From positions 1 to 54,243 of the IMG/VR virus record IMGVR_UViG_3300047275_000087: a stretch of DNA of 54,243 nt; one strand, given 5' to 3'. The translations under genes were made by a program, and so were the position numbers. This document shows positions 7,848 to 17,121 of this stretch, one piece after another (position 1 is the stretch's first letter; each line of letters starts with the position of its first letter). This DNA is from a virus (lineage: Duplodnaviria; Caudoviricetes). The notes below the pieces were generated by a model that saw nothing but the letters and a program-made list of their open reading frames with translations, was not told the origin of the DNA and searched no databases.

Positions 7848-8321
7848 ATGGCTACATATACCGACTCTCTGGGCTTTAATAAAGGCTCAGCCGCCCTTCC
7901 CGCAAATGCACTTGACAAAGTGCATCTGGTGGAGATGGTTCTTGACTTCCCGAAAATCATTGCGGCACGTTCTGCTGCTGGTGCTACCGCACTGGCTGCA
8001 TCTGATGTGTTGGAAGTGATTCCTGTACCTGCTGGCACTTTGGTGACCAACGTAGGTATGGTGGTTACTACCGCCGCTGGCGTGACTAGCACCATCGCAA
8101 TCGGTGACGGCTCTGCCGCCGCTGGTTACTTGGCTGCAACTTCAGCGAACGCAACTGGTACTTCCGGTGGTGTTCCTGTGTTGTCGTCTGGCGCTTTTGC
8201 TCCTACCTTGAGTGGTGGCAAAGTGTACGCTGCTGCTGACACTATCGACATCACGATTGGTACTGCTGTACCAGCCGCTGCTGTTGTGCGTGTCTTTGCA
8301 TTGTTCACAGACATCAACTAA
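7848..8321 (+). CDS. Putative capsid decoration/cement protein
   Basis: Ala/Thr/Gly-rich beta protein right after the capsid gene and before a terminator. Confidence 0.6.
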   Translation: MATYTDSLGFNKGSAALPANALDKVHLVEMVLDFPKIIAARSAAGATALAASDVLEVIPVPAGTLVTNVGMVVTTAAGVTSTIAIGDGSAAAGYLAATSANATGTSGGVPVLSSGAFAPTLSGGKVYAAADTIDITIGTAVPAAAVVRVFALFTDIN

Positions 8322-8326
8322 AAGTC

Positions 8327-8351
8327 GGGGGGCTTCGGCCCCCCTTCTTTT
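8327..8351 (+). terminator. Intrinsic terminator after the capsid genes
   Basis: GGGGGGC-TTCG-GCCCCCC followed by TTCTTTT. Confidence 0.88.
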
Positions 8352-8362
8352 AAGGACACGAT

Positions 8363-8659
8363 ATGTCTACCAGTGTAATTAAGGTCAAACAACTTACTGC
8401 TTCCGGTCTTGTGACTGGTAAAAGGTCGTTGTTTAAGCAGTTACTCATTCATCATTCAGGTGGTGGCGATACTGAAATCAAGTTCTATGATTTAACCGCA
8501 GCGCCAGTGGGCGGAGAGACAGCCTACGATTTTGATGTGTACGGTAAAGGAATGTTTATTCTTCCTATTCCTGAACCCGGCGTGTTGTTTGATGATGGAA
8601 TTTACGTCGCGTTTACGGCAACAGATTTGACCGCGACTATTTTTTACGAGGAGGTGTAA
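8363..8659 (+). CDS. Hypothetical virion-associated protein (98 aa)
   Basis: AAGGA SD, beta-rich, inside the structural operon. Confidence 0.7.
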   Translation: MSTSVIKVKQLTASGLVTGKRSLFKQLLIHHSGGGDTEIKFYDLTAAPVGGETAYDFDVYGKGMFILPIPEPGVLFDDGIYVAFTATDLTATIFYEEV

Positions 8660-8940
8660 TGGCTACCAAAGACTCTCGACTAGAGCGGGCTGGGGTATCT
8701 GGCTACAACCAACCTAAGCGTACTCCTAATCACCCGACGAAAAGTCACGTTGTTGTGGCAAAGTCTGGTACTGAGGTGAAGACCATTCGATTTGGTCAAC
8801 AGGGTGTTAAAGGCGCTGGGGCGAATCCTACAACTGCGTCCGAAAAAGCCCGCAAAAAAAGTTTTGAGGCACGGCACGCTAAAAATATTGCCAAAGGCAA
8901 AATGTCTGCGGCATACTGGGCGGATAAAGTGAAATGGTGA
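8659..8940 (+). CDS. Basic hypothetical protein (93 aa)
   Basis: GGAGG SD; Lys/Arg-rich with IRFGQQG, SFEARH and AAYWA motifs that I recall from aquatic phage head modules. Confidence 0.75.
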   Translation: MATKDSRLERAGVSGYNQPKRTPNHPTKSHVVVAKSGTEVKTIRFGQQGVKGAGANPTTASEKARKKSFEARHAKNIAKGKMSAAYWADKVKW

Positions 8941-9089
8941 AACAAGTTTGGGACAAACCAAGACCTAAAGGACTCGGTAAATCGAAGCCTTTAACGCCTG
9001 AGCAGAAAGCAAAGGCAAAAGCAGCGGCTAAGAAAGCGGGGCGTAAATACCCGAACTTGGTCGATAATATGAGAGCGGCAACTAAGTAA
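8934..9089 (+). CDS. Small Lys-rich protein (51 aa; not in ORF track)
   Basis: Hand translation MVKQVWDKPRPKGLGKSKPLTPEQKAKAKAAAKKAGRKYPNLVDNMRAATK fills the gap between its neighbours. Confidence 0.7.
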   Translation: MVKQVWDKPRPKGLGKSKPLTPEQKAKAKAAAKKAGRKYPNLVDNMRAATK

Positions 9090-9099
9090 GGAGAATTGC

Positions 9100-9336
9100 A
9101 TGGCACGATTTCTACGAAACAAAAATGATGGCTTTATCTATGACTGGAGTCCTATCCTTGCAGAGAACCCTCTGTGTGAGGAAGTGACTGAGGAAGAAGC
9201 CTTTCCTGAGAAGTTCATTCCTAAGAAGCAAAAGGGTCGCAAGACTGGATTGACTTTGGAAACTGAAAGCGTTCCTGAGGAACCTGAGTATGTGAACGAA
9301 GACGTTAACGCTGACGCATCTAAGGACTTACCCTAA
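9100..9336 (+). CDS. Hypothetical protein (78 aa)
   Basis: AAGGAG SD; TAATG coupling to the next gene. Confidence 0.7.
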   Translation: MARFLRNKNDGFIYDWSPILAENPLCEEVTEEEAFPEKFIPKKQKGRKTGLTLETESVPEEPEYVNEDVNADASKDLP

Positions 9337-9980
9337 TGAAACTGTCCGCTGTACTTACTGAGGTTCGCAGAGTCCTTCAGGACAATACTGCCCCATATCG
9401 CTACAGCGATACATACTTGCTTGGCTTTGCCAATCAAGCGTTGAAGCGTATGGCTGTGTTGCGTCCTGACCTTTTTGCGTACATCGGGACAGTTACATGT
9501 ACAGCGAACGCAGTTATTCAATCAGCGCCAGCGGACTCTATCCGCGTCATGGAAGTCTTTCAAGTACAGGATGGTAATGGTGTGACTGAGGTCAGTCGTG
9601 ACTCACTGGATGAGACCTATCCCGGTTGGATGAATGATGCGGCTGGAGCCTGTGTGAACTGGATGCGGCATGTCCGCAACCCCAATCGTTTCTTCATCTA
9701 CCCTAAAGCCCCCGCTGGGCAGGTGTTGGTTGTAGAGTATTCACAAGCACCCCCAGACTATGCGGCTGACGCAGATGTGGCTTTGCTGCCAGATGCCTAC
9801 TTCCCCGTTGTTGTTGACGGCACTATCTTCTTGGCAGAATCCGTAGACAACGAGCATGTGAACTCCAACCGTGCTCAGTTGTTCCAACAAACCTTTACTC
9901 AGGCTCTCGGCGTAAACGCTCAGTCTCGGACATTGACCGACACTGAGGAAGCCGGACTTGACCCTAAACAGGTGATTTAA
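9336..9980 (+). CDS. Head-tail adaptor / tail tubular protein A-like
   Basis: Size, position and the N-terminal RRVLQD...RYSD..LL.FAN pattern of podovirus adaptors. Confidence 0.65.
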   Translation: MKLSAVLTEVRRVLQDNTAPYRYSDTYLLGFANQALKRMAVLRPDLFAYIGTVTCTANAVIQSAPADSIRVMEVFQVQDGNGVTEVSRDSLDETYPGWMNDAAGACVNWMRHVRNPNRFFIYPKAPAGQVLVVEYSQAPPDYAADADVALLPDAYFPVVVDGTIFLAESVDNEHVNSNRAQLFQQTFTQALGVNAQSRTLTDTEEAGLDPKQVI

Positions 9981-10633
9981 TGGCTACTCGCACATTCCTT
10001 TCTCTCGCTCAACGATTGACACCGAGTGTGCCCGGATGCCCGCAGCCTGTCATTGAGCAATATGTTCGTGATGCAGCCATCGAGGTGTGCGAACGCACGC
10101 TGGCATGGCGGTATCAGCAACCTACAATCCGGTTGACTCCGGGTGTCTATGAGTATCCTTACACCAACCCAGCACAGGCTGAGGTTCATGCGTTCTTGAC
10201 AGTCTCCGTCAACGGAGAAAAGATTGAACCTGCGACGCTTGAGGATGTCCATAGGCAGTACCCTGATTGGCCTAGCACCGACCCCGCAAAGCAGTCTGAC
10301 CCACGCTATGTGTTTCAGTTGGATGCAGATAACTTTGCATTGGCTCCCATCCCAGACGCTTCGGTTAATTACGACCTTGCAATGATTGTGGCGTTGAAGC
10401 CTATTCGCACTGCCACTGGAATGGATAAGACTGTTTTTGATGACCTAGAGAACGTCATCATGCACGGTGCACTGCAACATTTACTTGTACTGCCCAACAA
10501 AAATTGGTCTGACCGCGAGTTGGCGGCGTATCATTCTAAGCAGTACTTATCTAAAACCGTAGAGCGTAGAGCACGAGCAAATCTAGGCGCAGGTCGAGCC
10601 TCGATGTCAGTGCAGATGCGCCCATTCGCATGA
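9980..10633 (+). CDS. Second adaptor-like structural protein
   Basis: VPGCPQPVIEQYVRDAAIEVCERT motif; translationally coupled to the previous gene. Confidence 0.6.
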   Translation: MATRTFLSLAQRLTPSVPGCPQPVIEQYVRDAAIEVCERTLAWRYQQPTIRLTPGVYEYPYTNPAQAEVHAFLTVSVNGEKIEPATLEDVHRQYPDWPSTDPAKQSDPRYVFQLDADNFALAPIPDASVNYDLAMIVALKPIRTATGMDKTVFDDLENVIMHGALQHLLVLPNKNWSDRELAAYHSKQYLSKTVERRARANLGAGRASMSVQMRPFA

Positions 10634-10640
10634 GGTTCAT

Positions 10641-10976
10641 ATGGCAGCAGATGTCATCCGATTAGTAGCAGGCGACGAAAAACCGCTTATTGTCCTTACG
10701 CTGACGGACGACATTACTGGCACGCCCATTGATTTATCGCTTTCAACAACTGTTGTCACGGTAAAGTTTCGCAAGGCTGGCACGACCACATTGCTTTCTA
10801 CAATATCTTGTACAAAGTTGAGCGGTGGTACAACCGGTCAAGTGCAGTTTGGGTTCTCTGGTGGTGTACTTGATGTAGACCCCGGCATGTATGAAGGTGA
10901 AGTAAATATCAACTTCAACGGAGACAGCCAGACTGTGTTTGAAACTCTCCGCTTCACAGTAAGGGATAACTTCTAA
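10641..10976 (+). CDS. BppU-like beta-sandwich structural protein
   Basis: GD...L.LTD..TGTPIDLS...G.Y.GEV pattern resembling the BppU N-terminal domain. Confidence 0.5.
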   Translation: MAADVIRLVAGDEKPLIVLTLTDDITGTPIDLSLSTTVVTVKFRKAGTTTLLSTISCTKLSGGTTGQVQFGFSGGVLDVDPGMYEGEVNINFNGDSQTVFETLRFTVRDNF

Positions 10977-12253
10977 TGGCGAATATTCGCGTCTCCTACG
11001 CACTGTCGTCTACATTGGTGGCTGCGGTTTCGACCGTGGCTATCGGTGTGTCGGCTGCTGGCGGCGCGACTGTTACGGCTCGTCCGCAACAGAACATTCA
11101 AATCAGTGCCTTTGTTGTCCCGATGGAGTATTTGGAAGAACAGACAGTCATCATGTCTGACTTCAGACAATTACTCGTTACTAAAGAGATTGCTGACCCC
11201 GCAGATTCCGTAGTACCAACTGAACAGATTACATTACAACCCGGACTTGCGCTGACTGACTCGGTCACGATGTACGATGTGGTCTACAAGGACGTGACTG
11301 AGGTTGTTGACTATGACCGCAATGACGCAGACGTTGACCCAGACCCAGTTACTGCGTCTGACACGTCTACCCGTAGTGTAGGGAAAACTCTTACTGATTC
11401 TGCTACGGCATCTGACTCTGCGCCTGTGTTCGCGCAGAACAAAACAACGACTGATACAGTCACTGCGTCCGATATAGTCAACACCAAAGATGTTGGTAAG
11501 ACTCTAACGGACACTGCTACAGCATCCGACGCGTCGCCAGTGTTTGACGCGTCTAAAGTTGTTGCTGATAGTGCATCGGCTACTGATGCAGCAGCGCTTA
11601 GTGTAGACAAGGGTGGGATTGCGGATACTGCTACTGCTACAGACTCCTCGTCACTGCAACCTAGCCTTGCCAAGACTGACTCGGTCACTGCGGCGGACAC
11701 ACTGAATTCATTCAATATAGGTAAAAACCCTAGTGATTCAGTGACTGCTTCTGACACGGTGAACTCGTTTGCCATTCAGACCGTATTGACAGACTCAGTC
11801 ACCATAACCGATGTAGTCTACAAAGACTTCACTGAGATGGTGGACTACGACCGCAACGATGCGGATGTTGACCCAGACCCGGTCACTGTTGCAGATGTAT
11901 CTATACGCTCTATTAGTCCAGTCTACACAGATAGTGTGACTATGGCGGATGCGTTAGCCAAAGTCAGCAGTAAAGTTTTGACAGATTCAGCAACTGCTGC
12001 GGACTCAGTTTCAATACTACTCATACCCGGTGTCACAACACCGCTTTATGATTTTGCTTTTGCGTCTGATGAGAAGTTTACGTACCAGTGGACACTCGGT
12101 ACAATTAACTCTCATCTGATTCACCAACCTCTTGTAAACGGTGAATTTGTACTGACAACTAACCCCAATGCTGGTATCGTGTATACGATGCGCACGGAGT
12201 CGGTTGAGTACACGTACAACGGTTACGAACTCAATGGAAACCAACTCAACTAA
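10976..12253 (+). CDS. Thr/Asp/Ser-rich repeat virion protein
   Basis: Repeats of about 20 aa (K.LTDS.TA.D) and two copies of YKD.TE.VDYDRNDADVDPDPVT. Confidence 0.7.
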   Translation: MANIRVSYALSSTLVAAVSTVAIGVSAAGGATVTARPQQNIQISAFVVPMEYLEEQTVIMSDFRQLLVTKEIADPADSVVPTEQITLQPGLALTDSVTMYDVVYKDVTEVVDYDRNDADVDPDPVTASDTSTRSVGKTLTDSATASDSAPVFAQNKTTTDTVTASDIVNTKDVGKTLTDTATASDASPVFDASKVVADSASATDAAALSVDKGGIADTATATDSSSLQPSLAKTDSVTAADTLNSFNIGKNPSDSVTASDTVNSFAIQTVLTDSVTITDVVYKDFTEMVDYDRNDADVDPDPVTVADVSIRSISPVYTDSVTMADALAKVSSKVLTDSATAADSVSILLIPGVTTPLYDFAFASDEKFTYQWTLGTINSHLIHQPLVNGEFVLTTNPNAGIVYTMRTESVEYTYNGYELNGNQLN

Positions 12254-12263
12254 GGAGTGAATT

Positions 12264-12710
12264 ATGTTTAACGATAGCATTAAGATGAAGGGCAGACTGA
12301 ACATTGTTCTCACTGGCCCAGATGGAGAGGTAAAAGAACAACACGAAGTTGACAACTTGGTTGTCACCGTGGGAAAGAATTTTATCGCCTCCCGCATGAA
12401 GGACGCTACTGCGACCGCCATGAGCCATATGGAAGTTGGTACTGGTACAACTGCTGCTGCGGTAGGTGATACAGCCCTAGGTGCAGCCGTAGCAAGTTCT
12501 CGTGTTGCCTTGACCTCAACTACTGTAACTACCAACTCTGTTGCATATGTTGCGACATTTCCAGCAGGTACTGGTACTGGTGCATTGACTGAAGCAGGTA
12601 TCTTTAATGCTTCTTCTTCTGGCACTATGCTTTGCCGCACTGTGTTCTCAGTCATCAACAAGGGCGCTGCTGATACGCTCGGCATTACTTGGACTGTGAC
12701 TGTTAACTAA
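12264..12710 (+). CDS. Tail fibre-associated structural protein
   Basis: NLVVTVGK...GTGTTAA..GDTAL...LTEAGIFNA..GTMLCR pattern common in fibre-anchor proteins. Confidence 0.65.
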   Translation: MFNDSIKMKGRLNIVLTGPDGEVKEQHEVDNLVVTVGKNFIASRMKDATATAMSHMEVGTGTTAAAVGDTALGAAVASSRVALTSTTVTTNSVAYVATFPAGTGTGALTEAGIFNASSSGTMLCRTVFSVINKGAADTLGITWTVTVN

Positions 12711-12721
12711 GGAGTCTGGGA

Positions 12722-14035
12722 ATGGGTATCAAACTCTCAAATAACGCCAATGCTACGCTGGCTGCTAGTATTACTAGCAGTGCGACTAGCATTACGGTGA
12801 CATCGGGGCAGGGTGCTCGGTTCCCAACTCTGAGTGTGGGTGACTACTTTTACGCCACGTTAATTGATACCTCCAACAACTTGGAGATTGTCAAGTGTAC
12901 GGCTCGTTCAACCGATGTATTGACTGTTGTACGCGCACAGGAAAGTACAACTGCTCGTGCGTATAGTGCTGGTGACCGTATTGAGATTCGTCTTACTGCG
13001 CAAACTTTTATTGACGCAACTACGATTACTCCTGCCGCAGTTAGCGACCAGTCAAATACGTCTACTGGGTATTTTGATTTACCTTCTGGGTCTACAGCGC
13101 AGCGTCCGGGGTCTCCAAATAGTGGGAACATTCGATATAACTCTGACTTAGGAGTTCTTGAGTACTATGACGGGTCTAACTGGACATCTATTAGACCTGC
13201 GTACAACATCGACTACATGGTTGTTGCTGGCGGTGGCGGTGGCGGTGGTTATAACGCTGGCGGCGGCGGCGGTGCTGGTGGGTATCGTACAGGTACTTCA
13301 ATAACTGTAAATCCAAATACGGGATATGGAGTTACTGTTGGTGCTGGCGGCGCGGCTGGAACAGATACTGGTAGCACTACTGATGGTGGTAGTACTGGTT
13401 CAGATTCATCTCTTGCAGGGTTGACTACTGGAACAGTTACATCTAACGGAGGCGGCGGTGGCGGTGGCGCAGCAAACACTGCAAACTATCAGGCTGCTAA
13501 GACTGGTGGTTCTGGCGGCGGGGCTACAGGTAATAACTCAATGACTACCTATAGTGGAGCAGCAGGAACTGCTGGGCAAGGTAGTAATGGAGGCTCAGGC
13601 TATCACTATGGTGGATACCATATTTCTGGCGGCGGCGGTGGCGGGGCAAGTGCTGTTGGTGGCAATGGTTCACAGACAACTACTGGGCAAGGTGGTAACG
13701 GCGGCGCAGGCTCGACATGGCTAAATGGTTCAACCTATGCTGGCGGCGGTGGCGGTGGCGTCCACTCTATTGGTGGCACGGGTGGCTCAGGTGGCTCAGG
13801 TGGCGGCGGGCAAGGTGGAACTCTTAGTTCAAATAACGCAACAGCAGGTACTACAAATACCGGCGGTGGCGGTGGCGGTGCAGGAAATACTGGTGCTACA
13901 CCACCTAAAGCAGGCGGTTCAGGTATCGTAATTATTCGCTACGCTGGTTCACAAAAAGGCTCCGGCGGTACAGTTACCTCGTCTGGTGGTTACACATATC
14001 ACACTTTTACATCGTCTGGCACATATACGGCATAA
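12722..14035 (+). CDS. Gly-rich tail fibre protein 1
   Basis: N-terminal anchor domain, an LPSGSTAQRP...G.IRYN knob motif, and a poly-Gly domain ending GGSGIVIIRY...HTFTSSG. Confidence 0.8.
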   Translation: MGIKLSNNANATLAASITSSATSITVTSGQGARFPTLSVGDYFYATLIDTSNNLEIVKCTARSTDVLTVVRAQESTTARAYSAGDRIEIRLTAQTFIDATTITPAAVSDQSNTSTGYFDLPSGSTAQRPGSPNSGNIRYNSDLGVLEYYDGSNWTSIRPAYNIDYMVVAGGGGGGGYNAGGGGGAGGYRTGTSITVNPNTGYGVTVGAGGAAGTDTGSTTDGGSTGSDSSLAGLTTGTVTSNGGGGGGGAANTANYQAAKTGGSGGGATGNNSMTTYSGAAGTAGQGSNGGSGYHYGGYHISGGGGGGASAVGGNGSQTTTGQGGNGGAGSTWLNGSTYAGGGGGGVHSIGGTGGSGGSGGGGQGGTLSSNNATAGTTNTGGGGGGAGNTGATPPKAGGSGIVIIRYAGSQKGSGGTVTSSGGYTYHTFTSSGTYTA

Positions 14036-14046
14036 GGAGAATTTGA

Positions 14047-14409
14047 ATGGCACATTTTGCAAAAGTTGTTGATGGCATCGTTGCACAAGTAATTGTGGCG
14101 GAGCCTGAGTTTTTTGATACGTTCGTGGACTCTAGTCCCGGGCAATGGGTTCAGACCAGTTATAACACTCATGGCGGTGTTCATGCTAATGGCGGTACGC
14201 CCTTGCGTAAAAACTACGCTGGTATTGGGTATACCTACGACGCAGGTCGTGATGCGTTTATTCCACCAAAACCATATAGCAAGTGGGTTCTGAATGAACA
14301 AACTTGTTTGTGGGATGCACCTACACAAATGCCTAACGATGGCAAGATGTATCGTTGGGATGATGACGCAGGTAATTGGGTAGAAGTGCCTGAGACTGAA
14401 GGACAGTAA
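14047..14409 (+). CDS. Fibre-associated protein or chaperone (120 aa)
   Basis: MAHFAKV...WVQTSYN...LRKNYAGIGYTYD..RDAFIPPKP type of protein, which usually follows Gly-rich fibres. Confidence 0.7.
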   Translation: MAHFAKVVDGIVAQVIVAEPEFFDTFVDSSPGQWVQTSYNTHGGVHANGGTPLRKNYAGIGYTYDAGRDAFIPPKPYSKWVLNEQTCLWDAPTQMPNDGKMYRWDDDAGNWVEVPETEGQ

Positions 14410-14411
14410 TC

Positions 14412-14765
14412 ATGGGAATTAAAGTCACCAACAATGCGTATGGCGTACTGAACGCCAGTATCAATAGTTCCGCAACTACGATTGTGTTGAACTCTGGCGA
14501 AGGAGCACGGTTTCCTACGCTGAGCACTGGTGACTATTTCTACGCTACGCTGATTGATACCTCGAACAACCTTGAGATTGTCAAAGTCACAGCGCGTAGT
14601 ACAGACACAATGACGGTTGTGCGTGGGCAGGATGGCACATCTGCCAGAGCCTATTCCGCAAGCGACCGTTTTGAACTCCGCCCAACGGCGGCTCTTTTCA
14701 CAGAATTTGCCGACAGAGCGACGACTGGTAAAGCCATCGCTATGGCAATCGTTTTCGGAGGATAA
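14412..14765 (+). CDS. Stand-alone duplicate of the fibre 1 N-terminal anchor domain
   Basis: Shares GARFPTLS.GDYFYATLIDTSNNLEIVK.TARSTD with 12722-14035. Confidence 0.8.
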   Translation: MGIKVTNNAYGVLNASINSSATTIVLNSGEGARFPTLSTGDYFYATLIDTSNNLEIVKVTARSTDTMTVVRGQDGTSARAYSASDRFELRPTAALFTEFADRATTGKAIAMAIVFGG

Positions 14766-14768
14766 ATC

Positions 14769-15122
14769 ATGGCAGCCCCAAATATCGTCAACGTAGCAAC
14801 CATCACAGGAAAAACGGCGGTACAGGCTGTCGGTACATCCGCAACTGCAATCGTTACCAACTCAAGTGGTAGCGGTAAGGTGTTCAAAGTCAATGCACTT
14901 TATGTGGCGAATATTGACGGTTCAACCGCAGCGGACATTACAGTAGATTTGTTCCGTTCATCGACTTCATACCCAATTGCGTCAACTATTGCAGTTCCTG
15001 CTGATGCGTCATTAGACGTTATAACAAAGGCTATCTACCTTGAAGAAGGTGATGCTATTCGTTGTTTAGCCAGTGCTGCTGGTGACCTTACAGCAGTCTG
15101 TTCCTACGAGGAGATTTCGTAA
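14769..15122 (+). CDS. Fibre-associated beta protein (117 aa)
   Basis: MAAPNIVNV...IYLEEGD...SYEEIS; GGAGG SD; coupled to the next gene. Confidence 0.7.
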   Translation: MAAPNIVNVATITGKTAVQAVGTSATAIVTNSSGSGKVFKVNALYVANIDGSTAADITVDLFRSSTSYPIASTIAVPADASLDVITKAIYLEEGDAIRCLASAAGDLTAVCSYEEIS

Positions 15123-16060
15123 TGGGACTTTCATCCGTATGGAAACTTAGAGATACACAGCAAGGAAAAAGTGATGCTGGGTATTACCGCCCATATATTA
15201 TCGACTACCTAATTGTTGCTGGTGGTGGAAGTGGCGGGAGCGCAGGTGGCGGTGGGGCCGGTGGGGTACTTATTGGAAGTACACAAGTAACTCCTAATAC
15301 ATCGCATACGCTTACTGTTGGCGCAGGTGCTGCGGGACTTACAACTGGTACGAATGTTCAAGCGGCGAATGGTAGTAATACTGCTGCGTTGACGCTTGTA
15401 AATACCACTGCTTTGGGTGGCGGTGGTGGCGGTGCATATAACGGCTCTTATTCCAGCAATTGTACTGGTGTTGCTGGCGGTTCTGGTGGCGGCGGCGGTT
15501 GGCCTGCTGCGGCTGGGGGTGCAGGGACTGCTGGACAGGGTAACGCTGGTGGCACTTCAGTTGATTCATCAAGTAATCCATATGGTTCTGCTGGCGGCGG
15601 TGGCGCTGGTGCTGTGGGGGGTAGCGGCAGTAGTAGTACTGGTGGTAATGGGGGCGATGGACTATTGTCTTCTATTACGGGTACGGCGTTGTACTGGGGT
15701 GGCGGCGGCGGCGGCGGGTCACAAGGCGGTACTGCTGTCTCGGGTAATGGAGGGAATGGTGGCGGTGGCGGTGGCGCATGTTGGACACCCGGTACAGCAG
15801 GTACTGGTGGCGCTGGACTTAATGCTGGTGGTAATGGGCAGGCCTCTAGTGTTTCACCTTGTGCTGGTGGTAACGGAGGTGCAAATACAGGTGGCGGTGG
15901 CGGTGGTATGGGTATATCTGTAACTCTAGGAGGACAGGGTGGTTCCGGCATCATAGTTATTCGCTATCTTGGCGCGCAACGTGCTACCGGAGGTACTGTT
16001 ACTTCGAGCGGTGGTTACACCATTCATACATTCACATCATCTGGCACATTTACAGCATGA
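15122..16060 (+). CDS. Gly-rich tail fibre protein 2
   Basis: IDYLIVAGGG start and a GGSGIIVIRY...HTFTSSGTFTA end paralogous to fibre 1. Confidence 0.8.
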   Translation: MGLSSVWKLRDTQQGKSDAGYYRPYIIDYLIVAGGGSGGSAGGGGAGGVLIGSTQVTPNTSHTLTVGAGAAGLTTGTNVQAANGSNTAALTLVNTTALGGGGGGAYNGSYSSNCTGVAGGSGGGGGWPAAAGGAGTAGQGNAGGTSVDSSSNPYGSAGGGGAGAVGGSGSSSTGGNGGDGLLSSITGTALYWGGGGGGGSQGGTAVSGNGGNGGGGGGACWTPGTAGTGGAGLNAGGNGQASSVSPCAGGNGGANTGGGGGGMGISVTLGGQGGSGIIVIRYLGAQRATGGTVTSSGGYTIHTFTSSGTFTA

Positions 16061-16236
16061 TAGAAACTAAACGCTCCCCTCTTGTCATGTTCCCCAACGG
16101 TGCGCTTGCCCGTTGCGAAGTCGTGCCTGAGGACTGTGTATTGGTCATTGAACCTTTACCCGAGGAGGAAGAATTCGCATCAATCATTGACCAAACCGAG
16201 GCAGTTAAGGAGGCCGAGAATGGCAACAAACCATGA
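16057..16236 (+). CDS. Acidic hypothetical protein (59 aa; not in ORF track)
   Basis: ATGA overlap with the fibre 2 stop; MIETKRSPLVMFPNGALARCEVVPEDCVLV... Confidence 0.55.
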   Translation: MIETKRSPLVMFPNGALARCEVVPEDCVLVIEPLPEEEEFASIIDQTEAVKEAENGNKP

Positions 16237-16399
16237 GTTAGAGGTTCAACTTACATCACATGAGGCTGTGTGTGCTGAACGCTACACGACCTTTATACAG
16301 CGAGTTGACCGACTGGAAGGACTACTACTTAAAGCAACGGGTGCTTTAATCGTAGGTATGGCTGGAATCATCGTAACCATCTTAATCAAAGGAGTATGA
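16220..16399 (+). CDS. Small membrane protein, XhlA/holin-like
   Basis: AAGGAGG SD before ATG 16220. Coiled segment HEAVCAERY followed by a C-terminal TM helix. Confidence 0.65.
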   Translation: MATNHELEVQLTSHEAVCAERYTTFIQRVDRLEGLLLKATGALIVGMAGIIVTILIKGV

Positions 16400-16400
16400 C

Positions 16401-16580
16401 ATGCCCCTCAAACTAAAAGAGAAAACTTTGGACGAAATGAAAAAAGATGCTATCTCCAATAGCGTTGCTGAGCGCGGCTATAAGAAGGGCGGCATGGTTA
16501 AGAAGCCAAGCAAAACTTCTAAGCCGATGAAGGGTTACGCCAAAGGCGGCATGGTGCACAAGATGCCCAAGGCCTGCTAA
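16401..16580 (+). CDS. Small basic protein with two Y.KGGMV repeats (59 aa; not in ORF track)
   Basis: AAGGAG SD; MPLKLKEKTLDEMKKDAISNSVAERGYKKGGMVKKPSKTSKPMKGYAKGGMVHKMPKAC. Confidence 0.7.
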   Translation: MPLKLKEKTLDEMKKDAISNSVAERGYKKGGMVKKPSKTSKPMKGYAKGGMVHKMPKAC

Positions 16581-16585
16581 CGGAG

Positions 16586-17119
16586 ATGATAGAAGTAGCA
16601 GCGGCCTACGCAACGGCACAAGCAGCAGTTGCCGGGGTTAAAGCCGCTGTCGCGTTGTACAAAGATGCTAAAGCAGTTGGGAAAGATGTTAGTGGAATCA
16701 TAGGCGAAATATCATCTCATCTTGGGTCGTTCTTTGAGGCACAAGAAGAAGTTGTTAAGTCGTCGCATCAAACAAGTCTTAACCCAATAAAGCAGAAATC
16801 GCTTGATGCACAGGCACTTGACAACGTAATCAGGATTCGGCAGTTGCAGCAATATGAGCAAGAACTGAAAGAACTCTTGATTTATCACACACCGATGGCT
16901 GGGGTGTGGGAAGACTTCCTACAGGAGCGTAAAAAACTTCGGGATGCTAAGGCTGAGGAGGAAGCAAAAGAAAGAAGGCTTGCGGCAAAGGCAAGGAAGA
17001 TGCGGCAAGAGTTTAAGGACAAGGTTGTCTTGTATGGCGTCATAGTGGGGTCTGTACTGTTTTTAGTCTCCGCCGTGTCATACATGTTCTACCTAATTGC
17101 AGAACATGCGAGGAGTTAA
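16586..17119 (+). CDS. Coiled-coil membrane-anchored protein (177 aa)
   Basis: Coiled coil with a C-terminal TM helix, within the lysis cluster. Confidence 0.7.
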   Translation: MIEVAAAYATAQAAVAGVKAAVALYKDAKAVGKDVSGIIGEISSHLGSFFEAQEEVVKSSHQTSLNPIKQKSLDAQALDNVIRIRQLQQYEQELKELLIYHTPMAGVWEDFLQERKKLRDAKAEEEAKERRLAAKARKMRQEFKDKVVLYGVIVGSVLFLVSAVSYMFYLIAEHARS

Positions 17120-17121
17120 AA

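Noticed and set aside
13200-16060. Diversity-generating retroelement acting on the fibre C-termini
   Set aside because: There is no reverse transcriptase, and differences between the paralogous ends are not adenine-specific; these are ordinary paralogs.
16082-16219. N-terminal extension of ORF 16082-16399 from the ORF track
   Set aside because: A strong AAGGAGG SD supports ATG 16220, and the upstream DNA is occupied by ORF 16057-16236 in another frame.
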